From positions 186,001-250,000 of the forward strand of contig QPGO01000017.1 in NCBI GenBank assembly GCA_008632985.1: 64,000 nt of DNA, written 5' to 3'. Positions 58,874 to 64,000 of this stretch are shown piece after piece. This DNA is from Psammoneis japonica (taxonomy: Eukaryota). The notes under the pieces were generated by a model. The model saw nothing but the letters and a program-made list of their open reading frames with translations. It did no database searches and had not been told where the DNA came from. Positions within the stretch are counted from its first letter, which is position 1. The number at the start of each line of letters is the position of its first letter. The position numbers and the translations under genes were made by a program.

Positions 58874-59337
58874 ACTCGTTCCCAACGGTGGAATCAAAAT
58901 AGCATTGAGTGACTTATGAGTATGATGTGAGGTTCAACGGCTTCGCCAGTGCCGGTTTGACTGCAAAATAACAATTGCCGTACTGTATGTGACAGGTCGC
59001 GCCGTCCTTTTGACGGGGTAGTTTGTGGCCCGTGGTGATCGAGCCGGTCCCGAAAAACAGATGGCGGAAGCTGACACGATATTGAACTCTTGACGTCCCA
59101 CACGTGGCACTTCAAGTTGACGTCATGTTGCGATTAAATTTGCATTCAAATGGCGGTGTCAATTGCACATGGAAAAGAAATAATGTGGATTTACATGGAC
59201 AAAACAAAAGTACGACTACATAGACTATCAGAAAAGTCCTTCTCAATAACCCGAAGGAAGGCAGTATGATATCCATCATGACTTAAACACGTCACAAATG
59301 CCGGCAGGTCAAATAGTGCCATAGGGGAAGCAAGGGA

Positions 59338-60341
59338 CAGAAAACGTATCCGCGGTATGGTAAGTGCGGTCATAACGGCGGTATGGAAATCTGATTGGAC
59401 AAACGACGTCAGCTAAAAACTTTGTTGTTCACAATAAGTAATGTTGACATCATTATTGCCCCCCCAGCTACAACCGGTACGGTAGCCGCACGCACGCAAT
59501 CTACCTACAGTACGGTACGTACAGTACTGTACACTGTATCAGACGCATCACGTCAAGTACTTCTACTGAAGCCGCGCCTACATAGAATTGTTTTTGTGCA
59601 AGTCGCCATGGCGGTGTGTGGTTGTTTTGGACAACTTCTCTCTACTTTATGACTGTAGAAGTAGCATCAATCGATAATATGAAGTAGTTATGATACGTGT
59701 CGAGAAGGAAATGGTGACGCTTTGCGTACTTCTTTCCAAAATGGACCTGTTGCATTGAAAGAATTTTTCAGGTCTTTTCTTGCATCGCAGATGGCCATGC
59801 ATAAGGTCCCTAAACTAGATCTCTATGACACAGAAACTGCCATAGAGAGTAATTTAGATATAGCGGATTGAACGGTGTTATATGTAAGCTAAATGATTTT
59901 AGTATAGGTGGACTAAATGGCCCGAGAAGGACGGTGCAAAACTTTCTACTTGAAAGTTGAAGAAATTATCCCTTAAGAGTGTCGGACTTGCATTGAACAA
60001 AAAAGAGAAACAACGAACACATACTATCAAGAATACTGCGGTTCTAATGGTGTTATTTTTATGCTCACCAGTCCGAAAATTGCCGCTGTCATGGGCGGTT
60101 CGTGCTGTTTGCGTACACAGTGTGTTGTCTTTTTTCACGTCTCTTGGCTCTTGGGGGACTTGAGAATTTTTGAAGTTGCTCGGCGGCGGCGACGCACGCC
60201 GGGCCGAATAAATGGTGGGGTAAGGATGATGTCATCTTTACTTAATGTGAAGAGTAAATTTCATAGCTGACGTCGTTTGTCCAATCAGATTTCCATACCG
60301 CCGTTATGACCGCACTTACCATACCGCGGATACGTTTTCTG
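59338..60341. mobile_element. Non-autonomous TIR DNA transposon (MULE/Mutator-like MITE), recent insertion
   Basis: Perfect 78-bp terminal inverted repeats (59338-59415 / 60264-60341, starting cagaaaacgtatccgcgg) and identical 9-bp direct repeat agcaaggga on both flanks (59329-59337, 60342-60350). No transposase ORF. Confidence 0.93.
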
Positions 60342-60559
60342 AGCAAGGGAGGCGCGGGGGAAAGTAGGGCCCTACCGTGGTACCATGAGGGGGAGGCACA
60401 GGGCGGGGCGGCAGGCCGCAGGGGCATCCTGTTTTATCGATGACGTGTTACCGGCACTGACTGTGCTTTGTGTTGCATTGCTCCATTTCGTGGGCAGCGG
60501 TCGAAGTTGACAACTAAGAAAGACATGACAACATTCAAAACTCGGAAACTAATTAGACA

Positions 60560-63500
60560 ACTGCCAACAACCTGATGGAGGGGGGGAGGGGGCAAAAGAA
60601 ACACACACAACATCATCATCACACATCGCCACACCTGCATGGCGAAAATTTGCGCAATTGTTGCACTGCATCAATGTGCTCTCATTGCCCAGCTCAGCAC
60701 ATGGGCGGCACAGCACCTCAAAGTTTGGGCACCTTGCTGCTCCTTCTGCACACAGCCAAGCAAGCAAGCTCTTTTCCTGAGCCCAAAAGTCAGAGCTCGT
60801 GCACCGCGACACTGAGCTTCCCTGGTCCTCCCAGAGCCGCCAGAGCTGAGCTTTTTTCTCAGACAACACTTGAAAAGCACAGCTCACTACCTGCAGCATT
60901 CCAAAAAGATGTTGTGCCATTTCAGCAATTTTCTGTGAGCTGGCTGCTTCAACAAAAAGAAGCGGTGCCTGCTGGCTTTAAGACCCCCCGCCCCGCCAAA
61001 CAAAATGTCGTTGGTTTTGTCAGCACCAGCAAAGATGCACTCAGCCCAAAGCTGCAAAAAATGAGAGTTGATTGAGTCATCTTTGAAAACTCAAGAGACC
61101 ACACATTTAAGAGCGAAAGCACCAGTTCTGTCAGCAACGTTTTGAATCAAATGACTGAGTGCACACGACCACAGCTTGCCAAGAGCCACCCCTCGCACAA
61201 TTGCTGGTGCAGACAGAGGATTGGAGAAAAAGAGGAAGACAAAGAAGCACAAAGTTTGTGAGGGAGCAGGTGCAAGCAGTGTGCAACAAAAACTGAGTTT
61301 CTCTTTGTGCTGGCAACCTTCAGTGATGGCCAGCAGCCAGCTCGCAAATGCAAGAGCTCACATGAGCAAACTGGCCAGTGGCAACAAGAGGAGAAATCCA
61401 GATGAAAACATCTCAGCAAAGGGGCAAGAGTGCAACTCAAGCAGAAGGAGCTTTGTGGGGCAATGTTTGGTCAGCTGCAAAAATGTGTGAGGCAGCTGTG
61501 CAGTGCTGAAGGGGGGGATGTTGAGCCGGCAAGTCAATGTCACCAAAAGGGAGTCCCACAAGGTTTCCTGTGCTGCTTGGCACACTTGCCTTGGCAAATT
61601 GTGAGGGCCGTGGGTTGCCAAAAGTTGTCAGTGAAAACTTCAAACTCTCAATGCAACAGGTGCCTGGCAACGCCAAATGACAAACCAAACATTTCACTCT
61701 CCAAAGAGTGAGATGAAACTGAGAAGTGAGAGATCCAACTTTGCTCACAATGAGTTGCCGAAAATCCATGTCAGGAGCCAAAGCATTGTTTCTTCACATG
61801 CCCAGGCCCTTTGCATTTCCCATGATCTGGATGTTCCAACAGAAAACAATGCACAAACTCAAAATTTGGGGGATGACTTCAGCCAGCTGCCAGCTGAAAA
61901 AAGTCTTCTGCTCATCAGTGCATTTGGGGGTTTTGTCAGTGCTTTGTTGTGTGCAAAAAAAGACATCTGGGCTGGTCTGTCCAGCATTTGCTGAATCTGT
62001 CCAAAACCCCCAAACATGCTGACTGACTGAGACTCTTTGTGCAAATTCTGTGCAAGATTTTTCAGCCAGCAGCTGGCTGGAGATGCTCCCCAGAGATTGC
62101 TCACCCTTTTCTTTGGCAGCACATCAGCTGGAAGAAGGGAGAGTGTTTCAGCCATTGGCTGGCTCAAATGTCTTTTCTTCATTTTGCTTTTGAGCCATGA
62201 ATGTGCTGGCTGTGTTGATGGGAGATTTTCTTTGATGTTCAACAAAGCTCAAAACATTTGTTTTTCTGTGCAAAAAAGGGCATGCGTGTGCCACTTGAGT
62301 CTGGAGCAAGTCCTCTGAGAGGGAAAAAGAGCACAGCTTTGTGGGGGGTGGAACACTTCTGCTCATTTGGCCCCAATCTCATTTCACTGAAAACACTGTG
62401 AAAGACTGCTTGCCTCTTCCATCTCATCAAAATGGCAACACAGCTGCACTTGAAATGGCCAACAGGTCTGCTTGCCAATCTTGCTGGACTTCCCTGTCTG
62501 CTTGTGTTTGTTTTCAAATGCATGGCTTGATGTCACATGTCAAGGTGCAACTCAGATTTCCCCTCAAGATTTGGCACAAGCTGCCACATTGGATCGATGC
62601 AAAACAATGCAATGGGTTGTCCAAAGCCAACCATCTGTTGCCCAAATTTGTCATGATTGTCAAAAAAGGCAGCAAAGGCAGGAATGTCTGAATGAGCACA
62701 AGCAACAATGGTTGCACAGCTGGCAATGCAGTGAATGCCAAAGTGCTGGTCACCAACCAACACTCTGGCATTGTGGTCTTTTGGCAAAGATTCAAGGTGC
62801 TGTGAGAGAGGCTCCAACCTTCATTTTAAGCAAACACACTGGCCCACATGCATGCCTTTGCTTTGGTGCTCATTGCTTTTGGTTGGCCAGCCAAAGACAC
62901 AGCAATCTTCAGCACAATGATGCCAATGCCAGCAGCAGCAACAAATGCCTCAAGAGCATCCAAATGGTCAACACATGTTAAAAACACCCAGTGAAATGCT
63001 CCATCCACAACTGCACGCAGTTCATTTGCAGTGCCAGGTGGACAAGAGGAGTGACCATCATTGACAACAAGGTCTTGATGCACAGACTTGAGGACTGAGA
63101 TGTCTCATGCTTTTTTTCATGGCTGAACTTGTGCCAACCATTTCTTGGAGCATCTTTGGTGGCAAGCAACTTGGAGCAGTTCATGAAGAAACGCTCTTGC
63201 AGGAAAAGCTGGCTGGCACATTTCCATCATAGACTCGCTGCTCTGAGATCTGGAACAAGTGAGTGGTTGTGACAGCACCTTCACAAGCTCTGATGTTTCT
63301 TCAGTCAAGTCAACACTTCTCAGTGCAGCAAAAGCATTTCATTGATTTCTTTCATGCCAAAGCAACTCTGAGGCTTGCAGCAAGGAAATCTTGCTCAGCA
63401 CTGGTGCCTCTCCGAGCCTGTCAACAAAAAAGCTGCAAGCTCTTCTCTGTAATTTCATTGCCTCAGCATGATGCACAAACCACCAAGTTGCAGAATTTGT

Positions 63501-64000
63501 CACCACTTCCAATCAATGCTAAAATGAGGTCAAAAGAATCCTTGCCCATCACTGCACCTCTCTGGGGAAATAAACCAAGCCTGATTTAAAGTGCCGCCAC
63601 ACCTTTGCCCAGCAACGCTGGTGCTGGCCAACCCCCCCCACACCTCCAGCACACCCTGCAAGGGATGAGGCACCTGAGCCATTGTCTCCCAGGGGAGACG
63701 CCCAATTGAAATGGCTGGAAATGGCGTGTTTGCCATGTGCCAACAACTTCTTTGCTTCCTTCAAACTTTGCTGCAGGTGGGGCCAAACCATGGAAATCCA
63801 GCTCTGGATGCAAGTGGTGGAGAATGTCTGATGTTCTTCTGCCAAATCTGGCAAAACTCCTCAATCTTTGGCCAAGTGCTCTTGTCGCTCATTGCAAATT
63901 GCCATCAATTCATCTTTGGCCATGCGCCCATGAGATGACTTGCAAGAATCTACACTGTGGCCATGCATGAGCTGATTGTGTTTTCTCCTCCCACAATTCC
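60560..64000. repeat. TpA/CpG-depleted degenerate domain (probable element relic, runs off the window)
   Basis: Same composition as 24100-32050: TA nearly absent, CG fading with distance from the edge, many short Tyr-free ORFs. Element family not identified. Confidence 0.7.

Noticed and set aside
61500..61560. NPPF-like adenine methyltransferase motif (LNIPPFS) of a DIRS element
   Set aside because: Isolated short match in degenerate sequence with no RT or recombinase motifs nearby.
62826..63083. pogo/Fot1 DDE transposase motif (VNDGHSS) in the right depleted domain
   Set aside because: Spacing to the next expected motif (QPLD) is wrong and no other motifs were found.

Overview
Eukaryotic, gene-dense genomic DNA, most likely from a pennate diatom (short GT-AG introns, a diatom-specific cyclin, bipartite plastid-targeting N-termini, Ambal-type LINE motifs). 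About 17 host genes are supportable: a SAP+dienelactone hydrolase, a probable SHOC1/Zip2 meiotic XPF-like gene, an HCAR/BciB-family reductase, YJU2, a GH2 beta-mannosidase, an hnRNP-Q-acidic-domain protein, a dsCYC cyclin, GPN3, an A1 aspartic protease, a membrane class III cyclase with degenerate metal ligands, condensin NCAPD2, HIRA, an ankyrin protein and several hypotheticals. The most striking feature is three sharply bounded repeat/transposon-relic domains (~1-1200, ~24100-32050, ~60560-64000) that have lost almost all TpA and most CpG dinucleotides, both converging on TpG/CpA. A decayed duplicate of the GPN3 3' end inside one domain gives an internal before/after comparison showing both CG->TG/CA and TA->TG/CA changes, and nearly all surviving TpAs are in TTA/TAA context. 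This points to a RIP-like but chemically different, domain-restricted mutagenesis. A young 1-kb MULE-like element (78-bp perfect TIRs, 9-bp TSD) is untouched. Several single-base frameshifts in homopolymer runs of conserved genes are probably assembly errors. All family assignments are from motif recognition by eye; no database search was run and dinucleotide counts are by-eye estimates.
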